From NCBI GenBank assembly GCA_000990585.1, contig LBQD01000002.1:120016-184015 (forward strand): a stretch of 64,000 nucleotides of DNA, in the 5' to 3' direction. The position numbers and the translations under genes were made by a program. Positions 21,503 through 31,640 of the stretch are shown in pieces; the first letter of the stretch is position 1; each line of letters begins with the position of its first letter. Below the pieces are notes generated by a model. It had not been told where the DNA came from. It made no database searches and was given only the letters and a program-made list of their open reading frames with translations. This DNA comes from Candidatus Moranbacteria bacterium GW2011_GWE2_35_2-. GTDB taxonomy: Bacteria; Patescibacteriota; Minisyncoccia; Moranbacterales; UBA9337.

Positions 21503-22966
21503 ATGATTAAGGAATTACATAATAAACTTGTCAATAAAAAAATAACCGCAGTTGAATTGGCGGAGAGTTATTTTGCGCGTATTAAAGAAAAAGATGGAGA
21601 AATTGGTGCTTATTTGACTTTGACCGAAGATTTAGCGTTGGAGCAAGCAAGGAAAGTTGATGAGAAAATATTCCGAGGAGAAAAAATTGGGATTATGGAA
21701 GGAATACCAATAGCAATTAAAGATAATCTTTGTATAATGGGAGTGCGGACAACTGCCGGATCGAAAATTTTGGATAATTATATCGCTCCCTATGACGCAA
21801 CTGTAATAAAAAAACTCAAAGAAGCTGGAGCGGTGATTTTGGGTAAAACTAATATGGATGAGTTTGCGATGGGATCTTCAACGGAAACCAGTATTTATCA
21901 AAAAACCAGAAATCCGCTTGATTTGGAAAGAGTACCGGGGGGATCTTCCGGAGGATCTGCTGCTTCGATAGCAAGTGAGGAAGCTGTTTGCGCTCTGGGA
22001 ACGGATACTGGAGGTTCAATTCGACAGCCGGCGTCATTTTGTGGAGTAGTTGGACTTAAACCCACTTATGGACGTGTTTCGCGTTATGGCGCGATCGCAA
22101 TGGCTTCCAGTCTTGATCAAATCGGACCATTTGGAATGACCGTGGAGGACACAGCTATTGTTCTTTCAGTGATTTCCGGGCAGGATAAAATGGATGCCAC
22201 TTGTGCCCAGAGTCCGACAAAAGATTATACAAATTATCTTACTGGCGATATTAAGGGAATTAAAATTGGAATTGTGAAGGAATATTTTGAAGGATTAAAT
22301 GGAAATATTAAAAAAATAGTAGATGATACTATTGAAAAATACAAAAAATTAGGAGCGGAAATAAAAGAGATTTCTTTGCCACATAGTCAATATTCTCTGG
22401 CGATATATTATATGATTATGCCTTGCGAGGTTAGTTCCAATTTGGCGAGATTTGATGGAATAAAATATGGATTACGAATCAATGATAAGCAGAGTGATAG
22501 TAATGAGAGTGGTGATTTTCCACAAACTCTCCTGGAAACTTATCTAGACAGTCGAAAATACGGCTTTGGAGATGAAGTAAAAAGAAGAATAATGCTTGGA
22601 ACGTACGCTCTTAGCGCCGGATATTACGATGCATATTATAAAAAAGCGCAAAAAGTGCGCGCGCTTATAAAACAAGATTTTGAAAAAGTTTTTGAGGAGA
22701 TTGATTTTATATTTTCTCCGACTGCGCCGGAAATGGCATTTAAATTCGGGGAAAAAACCGATGATCCGATGAAAATGTATTTGTCGGATATATATACCAT
22801 TACTGCTAATTTAGTTGGTATTCCGGCGATTTCTTTTCCAATTGGTATGATTTCTGAAAAAGGAGATTCTTCCAAAAAACTTCCGATTGGCGGACAACTT
22901 ATGGGAAAATGGTTCGATGAAGAAGGCTTATTGAATGCCGCTTATACTTTTGAGATTAATAAATAA
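21503..22966 (+). CDS. gatA: Asp/Glu-tRNA amidotransferase subunit A
   Basis: Amidase signature GGSSGGSAA, DTGGSIRQPA. Confidence 0.97.
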   Translation: MIKELHNKLVNKKITAVELAESYFARIKEKDGEIGAYLTLTEDLALEQARKVDEKIFRGEKIGIMEGIPIAIKDNLCIMGVRTTAGSKILDNYIAPYDATVIKKLKEAGAVILGKTNMDEFAMGSSTETSIYQKTRNPLDLERVPGGSSGGSAASIASEEAVCALGTDTGGSIRQPASFCGVVGLKPTYGRVSRYGAIAMASSLDQIGPFGMTVEDTAIVLSVISGQDKMDATCAQSPTKDYTNYLTGDIKGIKIGIVKEYFEGLNGNIKKIVDDTIEKYKKLGAEIKEISLPHSQYSLAIYYMIMPCEVSSNLARFDGIKYGLRINDKQSDSNESGDFPQTLLETYLDSRKYGFGDEVKRRIMLGTYALSAGYYDAYYKKAQKVRALIKQDFEKVFEEIDFIFSPTAPEMAFKFGEKTDDPMKMYLSDIYTITANLVGIPAISFPIGMISEKGDSSKKLPIGGQLMGKWFDEEGLLNAAYTFEINK

Positions 22967-22975
22967 TTCAAATAA

Positions 22976-23503
22976 ATGCTTGAAATTTTTCTATCCATCA
23001 TTGATTATATCTTTAAATTAGCGATTTCATTTTCGGATTCTGGTTTTTTTATGGTAGCGAAATTTATTTTAGCGATTTATATTTTGGTTTTGTTTGTGGA
23101 TATTGTCTTACTTTTGTTTTTTCGCGGACTTGGCAAGGATTTGCGAAAAATGCTCAGAGGAGCCGATTTACCTCCATTGGTTAAGAGCAAATTTGAATTG
23201 CAATGGAATAAAATAAGAGACAGGCTGAAAAGTAAAAATCAATCTCAATATAAAGCGGCGGTTTTAGAAGCTGATAGTATAGCAGATGAAATGCTTAAAA
23301 AAATCGGATATTTAGGGAAGGATATGTCGGAACGATTGGAAAGCGCCAATATTGGACAGATTGAAAACTTAGAGGAGTTGAAGAAGTCTCATCAGGTGCG
23401 AAATAGGATTGTATATGAAAAAGATTTTTCATTGGATTTGGACAGTGCGAAAGAAGTAATAAAATCTTATGAAGAATTCTTGAAATTTATTGACATTTTA
23501 TAA
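22976..23503 (+). CDS. Conserved CPR hypothetical membrane protein
   Basis: TM segment then AVLEAD..G..MSERL..HQVRNRIV helical domain. Confidence 0.7.
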   Translation: MLEIFLSIIDYIFKLAISFSDSGFFMVAKFILAIYILVLFVDIVLLLFFRGLGKDLRKMLRGADLPPLVKSKFELQWNKIRDRLKSKNQSQYKAAVLEADSIADEMLKKIGYLGKDMSERLESANIGQIENLEELKKSHQVRNRIVYEKDFSLDLDSAKEVIKSYEEFLKFIDIL

Positions 23504-23637
23504 ATTTTCATTATACTGGGACATAGTGTTTCGAATGCGTATTTATAGTATATAATGGGGGTGGAGTCCGCCTATGGCGGAACAGCTTGTAGTTGAATTA
23601 AGATTAAGGTAAAAGTTTTTTTAAAAAAGTATGATAT

Positions 23638-23712
<75 letters not shown>

Positions 23713-23738
23713 AATAAAAAGCAATGAGAGTAGTGGTT

Positions 23739-23796
23739 GCAGGTTCTCACCCTCACGGGTGATCATCCGTTAGGATGAAAATCCTGCCCCCGCAAC
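23739..23796 (+). repeat. Duplicated tRNA-fMet 3' half interrupted by a 32-nt double-hairpin insert
   Basis: GCAGGTTC[TCACCCTCACGGGTGA TCATCCGTTAGGATGA]AAATCCTGCCCCCGCAAC. Confidence 0.85.
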
Positions 23797-23890
23797 AAAA
23801 GTATAAAACCATAGAGCACATAATAATATATATAGTAGCTGGCATATAATGTATTTGAGCCTTATTTTTTATTCTATGCTATGTTGTTTT

Positions 23891-23964
23891 GGCAGGGTAG
23901 CTCAGCTGGTTAGAGCACAGGACTCATAAGCCTGGGGTCGTGAGTTCGAATCTCACCTCTGCTA
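23891..23964 (+). tRNA. tRNA-Met(CAT), probably elongator
   Basis: GGCAGGGTAGCTCAGCTGG...CT CAT AA...CTCTGCTA; Ile2 identity not excluded. Confidence 0.85.
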
Positions 23965-23976
23965 CAAAAAATATAT

Positions 23977-24050
23977 GGGGGCGTAGCTCAGCTGGTTAGA
24001 GCGATTGCCTGTCACGCAATAGGTCGCCGGTTCGAGTCCGGTCGTCCCCG
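23977..24050 (+). tRNA. tRNA-Asp(GTC)
   Basis: GGGGGCGTAGCTCAG...ATTGC CT GTC AC GCAAT...CGTCCCCG. Confidence 0.95.
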
Positions 24051-24248
24051 CATAAAAAAGAGATTTTTTTTAATCTCTTTTTTGTTTGAAAAACGGTATT
24101 GACCGAAAGGTGTTTTAATGCTATGATTGATTTTAGCTTGAAAATAAAGTATTTTTAGCAAGCAAAAAAGGTGTTTGTTATTTACTTTCGAGTTAAATAA
24201 AGGTCGAACATTAAAAATAGAATAATTCGCATAATTATTACGAAACAT

Positions 24249-24518
24249 ATGATGCTATTTTTTGTTGGTGTTTTGGAGATGATTATTGTCACACTGTGGA
24301 CCAAATTGGTTGTAGAAACCAGAGTTGTTGCCAGCGGGGTAATAACAATGGTTAATATTCTGATTTGGTACTATGTATTGCAAGCGATTGTTGATGATAT
24401 CAGCAATTGGAGACTAGTTCTTTTGTATGCTTTTGGGTGTGCGGCAGGAACAGTTATAAGTACATATTATTTTCACAGAGATGAAATTTCCAAGGCGAAC
24501 CTTGCTAAGCAAGAGTAA
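24249..24518 (+). CDS. Small multi-pass membrane protein (DUF5698/UPF0316-like)
   Basis: Three hydrophobic helices, YAFGCAAGT motif. Confidence 0.65.
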   Translation: MMLFFVGVLEMIIVTLWTKLVVETRVVASGVITMVNILIWYYVLQAIVDDISNWRLVLLYAFGCAAGTVISTYYFHRDEISKANLAKQE

Positions 24519-24629
24519 TTATTAAAAATAAAAAAATGTGTGAAGATATTCCCTTAGGAATAACTAAAAAAATATAAAAACCGCTAACTTGAAAAAGATC
24601 GCGGTTTTTATATTTTTTCTTTACGATGC

Positions 24630-24658
24630 TTGACTTTTGTCCTTATCGATGCTACAAT
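24630..24658 (+). promoter_or_regulatory. Sigma70-type promoter of RRM gene
   Basis: TTGACT-17-TACAAT with TG extension. Confidence 0.6.
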
Positions 24659-24811
24659 GGTATTAGTAAGGTTTCAAGGTAAATTCCGTCCCAAAGTTAA
24701 GTTAGCAATCGTTAGCGACCTGAGGGCAAGTGCGAGTTTCCGAGAAAGCGGTCGTCTTACGTTTGTTAATTTTTTTATTTTAAAGTTCGTAAGAACTTTG
24801 CAAGAAATAAA

Positions 24812-25117
24812 ATGGAAAAGAAACTATATATCGGAGGTTTGCCATATTCGACAACTGACGATGAATTAAAAGAAGCCTTTTCAGCAGCTGGAAACGTTGA
24901 ATCAGTAACTATCATTATTGATAAAATGTCCGGACGCTCAAGAGGATTCGGTTTTGTTGAAATGGCTACTCCTGAAGAAGCTCAAAAAGCTATCGAAATG
25001 TTCGATGGAAAAGACTTCGGAGGAAGAACCTTGACTGTCAATGAAGCTAGACCTTTGGAAGATCGTCCAAAGAAAAGCTTTGATAGAGACAGAAACAACT
25101 CTCGAAACAATTGGTAA
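24812..25117 (+). CDS. RRM (RNP-1) RNA-binding protein
   Basis: KLYIGGL (RNP2), RGFGFVEM (RNP1). Confidence 0.95.
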   Translation: MEKKLYIGGLPYSTTDDELKEAFSAAGNVESVTIIIDKMSGRSRGFGFVEMATPEEAQKAIEMFDGKDFGGRTLTVNEARPLEDRPKKSFDRDRNNSRNNW

Positions 25118-25136
25118 TTTTTACCAACTTTTGATA

Positions 25137-25170
25137 ACAAAAATCCCGACATCAAGTCGGGATTTTTTGT
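25137..25170 (+). terminator. Intrinsic terminator
   Basis: AAAAATCCCGAC ATCAA GTCGGGATTTTTT. Confidence 0.8.
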
Positions 25171-25199
25171 TTGACAAAAAGGTTTTTTTACAGTAAAAT
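25171..25199 (+). promoter_or_regulatory. Promoter of pnp
   Basis: TTGACA-17-TAAAAT. Confidence 0.65.
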
Positions 25200-25350
25200 G
25201 TTAGACAGTATCTTATTTATTAATTAAAAAATATCGATTTTGACCAGTAGCCAGCGGGCACACTAATGAAACTGACAATTAACAATAAGTTGTAGGTTTT
25301 ATTGGCGTGTTTTCTTGGATTTTATTGGCAGATACCGATAGAATCAAATT

Positions 25351-27471
25351 ATGGAGCAGAAAAAGTGGTCCCTCCAAATTGGAGGAAGAGAACTTGAGAT
25401 TGCAACCGGTCTTTTAGCTAAACAAGCCGGTGGTTCAGTCACAGTGCGTTACGGCGACACAATGGTTCTTGCGACAGCAACAATGAGCAAGGGTCTTTCA
25501 AAGTTTGGTGGCGGGTATTTTCCATTGATGGTGGACTTTGAAGAAAGATATTATGCAGCTGGAAAAATTAAAGGTTCAAGATTTATTAAACGTGAAGGAA
25601 GACCTTCAGATGATGCGGTCTTGACCGGACGCGTGGTGGATCGAACTATACGCCCGCTTTTTAATGCTAGAATGCGTAATGAAGTTCAAGTGATTGTAAC
25701 CGTTTTATCAATCGATGGTGAAAATGATCCAGATACAATTTCTGTGATTGCAGCCTCAGCTGCTTTGGCGATTTCTAATATTCCATGGAATGGACCGGTA
25801 GCAGCTGTGCGTGTCGGGCAAGCAACTAACGGTGAGTTTATCCTAAATCCAGTCAATGGTGAATTAACAGATAGTAAATTGGACTTGGTAATTTCTGGTA
25901 CAAAAGACAAAATTAATATGTTGGAAGCTGGCGCTAAGGAAGTTCCTGAAGAGACTATTGTCAAGGCTTTTGCTTTCGGACAAGAAGCCATCACTAAAAT
26001 TGCTAGTTTCGTGGAAGAAATTGCCAGGGAAATTGGAAAAGAAAAATCTGAGCCAATCCTTTTGCAAGGCACTCCTGAATTCGAAGCGAAAGTTAAGGAA
26101 ATTTTGATTGCGGAAGGTTTAGCCGAGGCTTTGTATGACCCAAAAAAGGAAGTTATTGAGAAAAAAATCAAGGCTATTAATGAAAAAATAGAGGAATACA
26201 TAGTCGCTAACTTTACAGAAGGTTTGGATAAGCTAAAAGAAATTGCTCAGCAAGTCTTTGAAGAAGTGTCAGACGAGATTGTGCATACTAATATATTGGA
26301 AAAAGAACAAAGACCAGATGGACGCAAGCTAAATCAACTTCGTCAAATTGATTGCCAAACTGGTATTTTGCCGAGAACTCATGGCACCGGACTTTTTACT
26401 CGTGGAGAAACTCAGGCTTTGACTGTAACCACATTAGGATCACCCGGGGATGAACAAATCATCGACACTATGGAAGTGGATATGAAGAAAAGATATATCC
26501 ATCACTACAATTTCCCTCCATATTCAGTGGGAGAAGTTCGAATGATGCGCGGACCGGGACGAAGAGAAATCGGACACGGTGCTTTGGCGGAAAAAGCTTT
26601 GATTCCAGTTTTGCCAGCTAAAGAAATTTTTCCATATACTATTTTGTTGGTTTCTGAGGTACTTGAATCCAATGGTTCTTCTTCGATGGCTTCTACTTGC
26701 GGATCAACTTTGTCGTTGATGGACGCGGGAGTGCCAATTATCAGACCAGTTTCTGGAATTGCGATGGGGATTATTGTTGGAAAAGATGGAAAATTTAAAG
26801 TTTTAACTGATATCCAAGGAATGGAAGACCATTATGGAGATATGGACTTTAAAGCCGCTGGAACAACTGAAGGTATTACTGCTTTGCAAATGGATGTGAA
26901 GGTACAAGGTGTCACTTTGGAAATGCTTGAAGCGGTTCTTGCACAATCTAAAATAAATCGTTTAGAAATTATGGAAAAAATTGTAGATACTATTCCAGCT
27001 CCAAGAGCTGAAATGAGTCAATATGCTCCAAGAATAATCATAATGAAAATAAATCCGGATAAAATTCGTAATGTTATTGGAACCGGAGGAAAAATTATTA
27101 ACGAAATTATTGATGAAACCGGAGTGGAGATTGATATTGAAGATGATGGATCAATTTTTATCACATCTCCAGATCAAGAATCTTCCAAGAAAGCGCAAGA
27201 ATGGATTGAAAATCTTACTCACGAAGTGAAAATCGGAGAAATATTTAAGGGAAGAATAACCAGAATAATGAATTTCGGAGCCTTTGCCGAGGTGCTTCCC
27301 GGACAAGAGGGATTGATTCATATTTCACAACTTTCAGATAAGCGAGTGGAAAAAGTCGAAGATGTTGTGAAAATCGGAGACATTGTTTCGGTTAAAGTGA
27401 AAGAGATTGATGATAAAGGAAGAATTAATCTTTCTATGAAAGATGCCGTGAAATCGGAAAAAAATGATTGA
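25351..27471 (+). CDS. pnp: Polyribonucleotide nucleotidyltransferase
   Basis: Two RNase PH domains, RREIGHG, GDMDFK, KH and S1. Confidence 0.97.
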   Translation: MEQKKWSLQIGGRELEIATGLLAKQAGGSVTVRYGDTMVLATATMSKGLSKFGGGYFPLMVDFEERYYAAGKIKGSRFIKREGRPSDDAVLTGRVVDRTIRPLFNARMRNEVQVIVTVLSIDGENDPDTISVIAASAALAISNIPWNGPVAAVRVGQATNGEFILNPVNGELTDSKLDLVISGTKDKINMLEAGAKEVPEETIVKAFAFGQEAITKIASFVEEIAREIGKEKSEPILLQGTPEFEAKVKEILIAEGLAEALYDPKKEVIEKKIKAINEKIEEYIVANFTEGLDKLKEIAQQVFEEVSDEIVHTNILEKEQRPDGRKLNQLRQIDCQTGILPRTHGTGLFTRGETQALTVTTLGSPGDEQIIDTMEVDMKKRYIHHYNFPPYSVGEVRMMRGPGRREIGHGALAEKALIPVLPAKEIFPYTILLVSEVLESNGSSSMASTCGSTLSLMDAGVPIIRPVSGIAMGIIVGKDGKFKVLTDIQGMEDHYGDMDFKAAGTTEGITALQMDVKVQGVTLEMLEAVLAQSKINRLEIMEKIVDTIPAPRAEMSQYAPRIIIMKINPDKIRNVIGTGGKIINEIIDETGVEIDIEDDGSIFITSPDQESSKKAQEWIENLTHEVKIGEIFKGRITRIMNFGAFAEVLPGQEGLIHISQLSDKRVEKVEDVVKIGDIVSVKVKEIDDKGRINLSMKDAVKSEKND

Positions 27472-27552
27472 ATGATTTTGCAATAAAACTCTTTTGGTGT
27501 AAAATAAAAGCAAGTCAATCTTGCTTTTATTTTTTATTTGTAAAACAAAAAT

Positions 27553-28923
27553 ATGTTTGGATATAAAGATTCTAAAAAAAATAATCAAAAACTTACTGAT
27601 CAAGAAAAAAAGACAGAAATGTTTTTTAGCGGTCAAGAAAATAATATTGATTCAGATTACAATTTTTCTGTGCATACAATGAAAGATGATCTGGTTTCTT
27701 CATTAAACGGAGGGATAACTGATGCAAAAGAGGAAGATCTTAAAAAACTAAAAATGCCGTTTCCAAATAAAGCGGATATATCCGCTCCAAAAATAAATAA
27801 TGAAAAAATGACAGTCAAAGATAGTCCATTTTTGGAAAAAAACACTTCTTTTAGGATAGATTTGTCTCAAAATGCAAAAGAAAGTGATTTAAATGAGTCT
27901 TTGGTAAAAAAAGAATTTTCAGATAAAAAAAACATTGATTTTGAGAGGAAAGAAAAGGTTGAAGCTTCCGCCTTATCGGAAAGAATGGAAAATAATTTCT
28001 CGCAAAAAAGAGATTCAAAAATGAATAATAGCAAGCAATCTTTTGTTGCGGTTAATTCTTCCGATGAGTTTTCGCATCCGATCGAAAAACATTTGAATTG
28101 GAAAAAGGTTGTTGTAATTTCAGTAATCGCAGTTATTTTTTTAGCTGTATTTGGAGGAGCTTATTATTTATATATAACGAGAAAGACAGCAGAGCCTCAG
28201 TTGTCGGTTGAAAATCCGATTATTGATAATGATGTAGTCTCAGATATTCATGAATCCGATGAATTTATGTACTCTTCGGAAAATCCGAATTATCTTAATT
28301 TAGATATGGAAACGGCTAATAATGAATCAATTTCTCAATTATTGACTGATACTTTTGAGAATATTTTAGTTGAACAAGAAAATATCGCAATTGAGTTTAT
28401 TCTTCGGGATATAAATAATAATCCAATTGCTTTTTCCCGTTTTGCTTATATATTTCCCCTTTCTTTGCCAGAGGCAGTATTGGGAGAAATGGATGAAAAT
28501 TTTTCTTTGTTTTTAATGAAAAACGGTAATAACAGAAGGATAGGGTTGGCAGTGGATGTTAAGGATTCGAACGTTGTTCCGTTTGTGTTGAAAGAAAATG
28601 AATCAACGTTGGTTTCCGCTCTTAGATTATTATTCTTAAAGAAAGAGATTGGGGATGTATCCAATGTTGAGTTTAAGGATGGCTCGTATGGCAATATCAG
28701 AGTTCGATATGCAAATGTTAATCCTGCAGACGGAGATTCAATTGATTATGCAATATGGGCAGATAAATTTTTAATTAGCACCAATAAAGATTCTCTACGG
28801 AGTGTCATTGATAAAATTGAAGCAGAAAAAAATAGTGAACAAATAGTGGAAGTGAATGATGCTGATATTTTCGATGAGAATCAGGGGGATGTGAGTGATT
28901 TAGAGACCGGTATCGTAAAATAG
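27553..28923 (+). CDS. Hypothetical single-pass membrane protein
   Basis: 456-aa ORF, charged N-terminus, central TM. Confidence 0.7.
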   Translation: MFGYKDSKKNNQKLTDQEKKTEMFFSGQENNIDSDYNFSVHTMKDDLVSSLNGGITDAKEEDLKKLKMPFPNKADISAPKINNEKMTVKDSPFLEKNTSFRIDLSQNAKESDLNESLVKKEFSDKKNIDFERKEKVEASALSERMENNFSQKRDSKMNNSKQSFVAVNSSDEFSHPIEKHLNWKKVVVISVIAVIFLAVFGGAYYLYITRKTAEPQLSVENPIIDNDVVSDIHESDEFMYSSENPNYLNLDMETANNESISQLLTDTFENILVEQENIAIEFILRDINNNPIAFSRFAYIFPLSLPEAVLGEMDENFSLFLMKNGNNRRIGLAVDVKDSNVVPFVLKENESTLVSALRLLFLKKEIGDVSNVEFKDGSYGNIRVRYANVNPADGDSIDYAIWADKFLISTNKDSLRSVIDKIEAEKNSEQIVEVNDADIFDENQGDVSDLETGIVK

Positions 28924-29067
28924 CTTGAAATATAGCCTTTTTGGTTTTTTTAAGAAAGTAATTTACTTTTTCAAAAAGAAAGATTTCTGTATATTTTTTG
29001 TAAAAAGAACAAAGAATGAAAAATAGTGTATATATTACTGTTATTGCGGTATTTTTTCTCAGAGATT

Positions 29068-29096
29068 TTGACCGGATGCATTTTTTTTGCTATAAT
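29068..29096 (+). promoter_or_regulatory. Near-consensus sigma70 promoter
   Basis: TTGACC-17-TATAAT with TG extension. Confidence 0.7.
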
Positions 29097-29102
29097 AACA
29101 GT

Positions 29103-29690
29103 GTTGGAGTTATTTATAGGAGTATTTTAACAAAATATGTGGAAACGGTGGGAGAACTTTCAATCACAACTTCCCCCTAATTGTGATTGAAACTTCTTCT
29201 ACTGTTCGAGTCTCCGGTTATTATATCGGAGCTCTCCGATTTCTGACCGGAGAACTAAAACAAAAACAAAAATTACTTGGAGCCTACTCGCAGTCCTTAT
29301 TTGAAAAAATTAGTTTTGCGAGTAGGTTTCCAAGATTTAAAACAAAAATAAAAAACAAAATATTAGTTCTTTTAAGTTTAAAGGCTATATGCCAGAGATC
29401 GGTAGAAGGAAGTGTTTGTTAAATAAAAAGTCAGAACAAACGCTGAAAATATGTATACAAAATACATGCAGCTCATAATATTTAATGCCAAATAAAATTC
29501 GGCTAGGATATTTCCGGCTTACATGTTGGTACATATAAAAAACACCGCGGCTCTCAGCCACATTATTTATATATTTGGGCTTCGAGAGCCCGGTTTCCAT
29601 ATCATATTTGAACGGATGCCGGAAGATAATTTGTTTATTGCTCGATATCTTTTCAAATGCCCCGACATTGCGTCGGGGTTTTGGTTTTTA
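29103..29690 (+). ncRNA. Candidate large structured non-coding RNA (or long leader), unassigned
   Basis: Series of long hairpins with G-U-compatible pairs on + strand, A-rich linkers, promoter upstream, terminator 29660-29690. Confidence 0.55.
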
Positions 29691-29697
29691 TAAACAT

Positions 29698-30090
29698 ATG
29701 TTTTGGAGAAAAAATAATGATTTAGCTTTTGGCGAGGCGGGAGAAAAAGTCGCTGCCAAATATTTGAAGAAAAAAGGATACAAGATTTTAGATTTTAATT
29801 ATTGTAATTTTAAAGGCAGGCGATTAGGCGAGATTGATATTATTTCTAAGGATGGAGAATGTTTTGTTTTTGTGGAAGTTAAGACGCGAAAATTGGAGAA
29901 ATTCGATGGAAGTTTGCCCGAAGAAAGTATTAACAGGCAGAAATTACACAAATTGAATAAAATTGCTCAATTTTATTTGCGTAAAAACAAGTTGTTGGAT
30001 AAAAATTGGCGTTTTGATGCTGTTTCGGTTTGGCTTAGTGACGATATGAAAGAAGCTAAAGTAAAGCATCTAGAAAGCATTTTTTTATAG
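29698..30090 (+). CDS. yraN: YraN family nuclease (UPF0102)
   Basis: GE..AAKYL..KGY, GEIDII, FVEVKTR, RFD; start at MFWRK. Confidence 0.92.
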   Translation: MFWRKNNDLAFGEAGEKVAAKYLKKKGYKILDFNYCNFKGRRLGEIDIISKDGECFVFVEVKTRKLEKFDGSLPEESINRQKLHKLNKIAQFYLRKNKLLDKNWRFDAVSVWLSDDMKEAKVKHLESIFL

Positions 30091-30182
30091 TTGGGATAGT
30101 TGGAAAATAGCAGGAAATATGCTAAAATAATGGCAGGAGGTTTAAATGAAATGTGTCGTAATAAAAAATAATTATAAAAAAT

Positions 30183-30530
30183 ATGTTGGAACAAGAAATT
30201 TTAGATGAACTCAATGGGGCGCTTGTTGAAGAGAAAAAAAGATTGGAAGATGATTTGGAGCGGATTGCAAATCCTACGGAGACCCCCGGTGATTATGAAA
30301 CAAGGTTTGAAGATTTGGGAACTGACAGTGATGAGAATGCTACCGAGGTTGAAGATTATGCTGATAAGTTGGCAGTTGAAAATGATTTAGAAAAGCAACT
30401 TAAGGATGTTAATGATGCATTGGAAAGAATAGAGAAGGGTACTTATGGATTTTGTGAAAATTGCCAGCAAGAAATTGATATTGAAAGGCTGCGGGCATAT
30501 CCGGCGGCAAGAACTTGCATTAAATGCTAA
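30183..30530 (+). CDS. TraR/DksA C4 zinc-finger protein
   Basis: ALERIEKGTYGFCENC..I..ERL.A.P.A..C..C. Confidence 0.9.
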   Translation: MLEQEILDELNGALVEEKKRLEDDLERIANPTETPGDYETRFEDLGTDSDENATEVEDYADKLAVENDLEKQLKDVNDALERIEKGTYGFCENCQQEIDIERLRAYPAARTCIKC

Positions 30531-30979
30531 TGACTGATGCGAAGATACAAATAAAAGAAAATAATCGAAGTGAAAATATAAAATTGTTTTTTCTCGGAGT
30601 CGGTTTAATTTTCGTTGATCAACTGTCAAAAAATGTTGTCCGTCTTTATGATAAAGGCGGATTTTATATTTGCAATGAAGGTATCGGATTCGGAATTAAA
30701 ATTCCGGAATTAATATTTTTTTCTTTGTGGACAGTTGCGGTTATTTTTTTGGCGCATTCCGTTTTTTTGAAAAAAAAATATATTCTGCGTCTTATATCTT
30801 GCGTTTTTATCTTATCCGGAGCTGTGTCGAATATGTTCGACCGATTTGCACATGGCTGTATAATTGATTTTATCGATCTGAAGATATGGCCGGTCTTCAA
30901 TTTGGCGGATATTTTTATAGTAATCGGTTTTGCGGGATTTATCTATTCTATTCAAAAAACAAAATCCTTTCAAAATTAA
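30524..30979 (+). CDS. lspA: Lipoprotein signal peptidase II
   Basis: DQLSK, NEGIGFG, GAVSNMFDR, IDFI, VFNLAD. Confidence 0.88.
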   Translation: MLMTDAKIQIKENNRSENIKLFFLGVGLIFVDQLSKNVVRLYDKGGFYICNEGIGFGIKIPELIFFSLWTVAVIFLAHSVFLKKKYILRLISCVFILSGAVSNMFDRFAHGCIIDFIDLKIWPVFNLADIFIVIGFAGFIYSIQKTKSFQN

Positions 30980-31060
30980 TGGGGGGGTGTGGAGGTATAG
31001 AAAATTGTGCGAGGATTTTTTCTATATTATAAGGAAACAAATGCCCGAATATTAAAATAT

Positions 31061-31640
31061 TTATATGCTTTTGATATAATGAGTTATTTTTTCAATAAAT
31101 ACTTCGTAGTCATTTAATATTATTGTATTACCGAATACACTATTTATATTGGCAGATGTTTGTATCGGAGAATCGGGTATTTGATTTAAATAGTATTGTT
31201 TATATTTAGTTTTCGTTGTTATCTTATTATGATCGCAATTAGGAAATTTTATAATGAGCAGTAGGGTTTTAACAGGTGTATGAAAAAATCTATTGGTGTT
31301 GTCTTTGGATAGTGCGATGTATTTATCAATATTGTGCGCGGTAAGTTTTTCCCATTTTATTATTATGCCTCTATTGTTGTAATAAGGCATTTCATCTGGC
31401 AATATTAAAATTTGAAAATAATCCTTGTTATTTGTTCTGATATTTGCCGTTTCGCCTAACATATTCTCAAAATAGTTATTTGAATTTTGGGAATAGTTAT
31501 TCATTACAAACTTTACACCGATACCGGCTAAATCATCCTCGTCTTTTGAAATTAATATGTCAACCGTTTTTTTTCATATATCTTCCATTGAGTTTTCCCT
31601 CCTTACCCTCTCCAAGTCCAAGCGATTTGATTATATAATT
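31061..31640 (-). pseudogene. Restriction endonuclease remnant (N-terminus lost, +1 frameshift in A8 run)
   Basis: NYIIKSLG...GRYMKK / TVDILI...GVKFVMNNYSQNSNNYFENM (PD-D/ExK-like) joined across A8 at 31567-31574. Confidence 0.65.

Noticed and set aside
21195-22966. Missing gatB as evidence of an unusual amidotransferase
   Set aside because: gatB is often encoded elsewhere; this cannot be judged from one window.
24012-24248. 78-aa minus-strand ORF
   Set aside because: Antisense to tRNA-Asp; typical shadow ORF.
29103-29690. RNase P RNA, T-box or self-splicing intron identity; ORFs 29183-29422, 29385-29600 and a 17-codon ORF at 29137
   Set aside because: No GAGGAAAGUCC core, T-box or intron motifs recognised; the ORFs are short, lack features and overlap hairpins.
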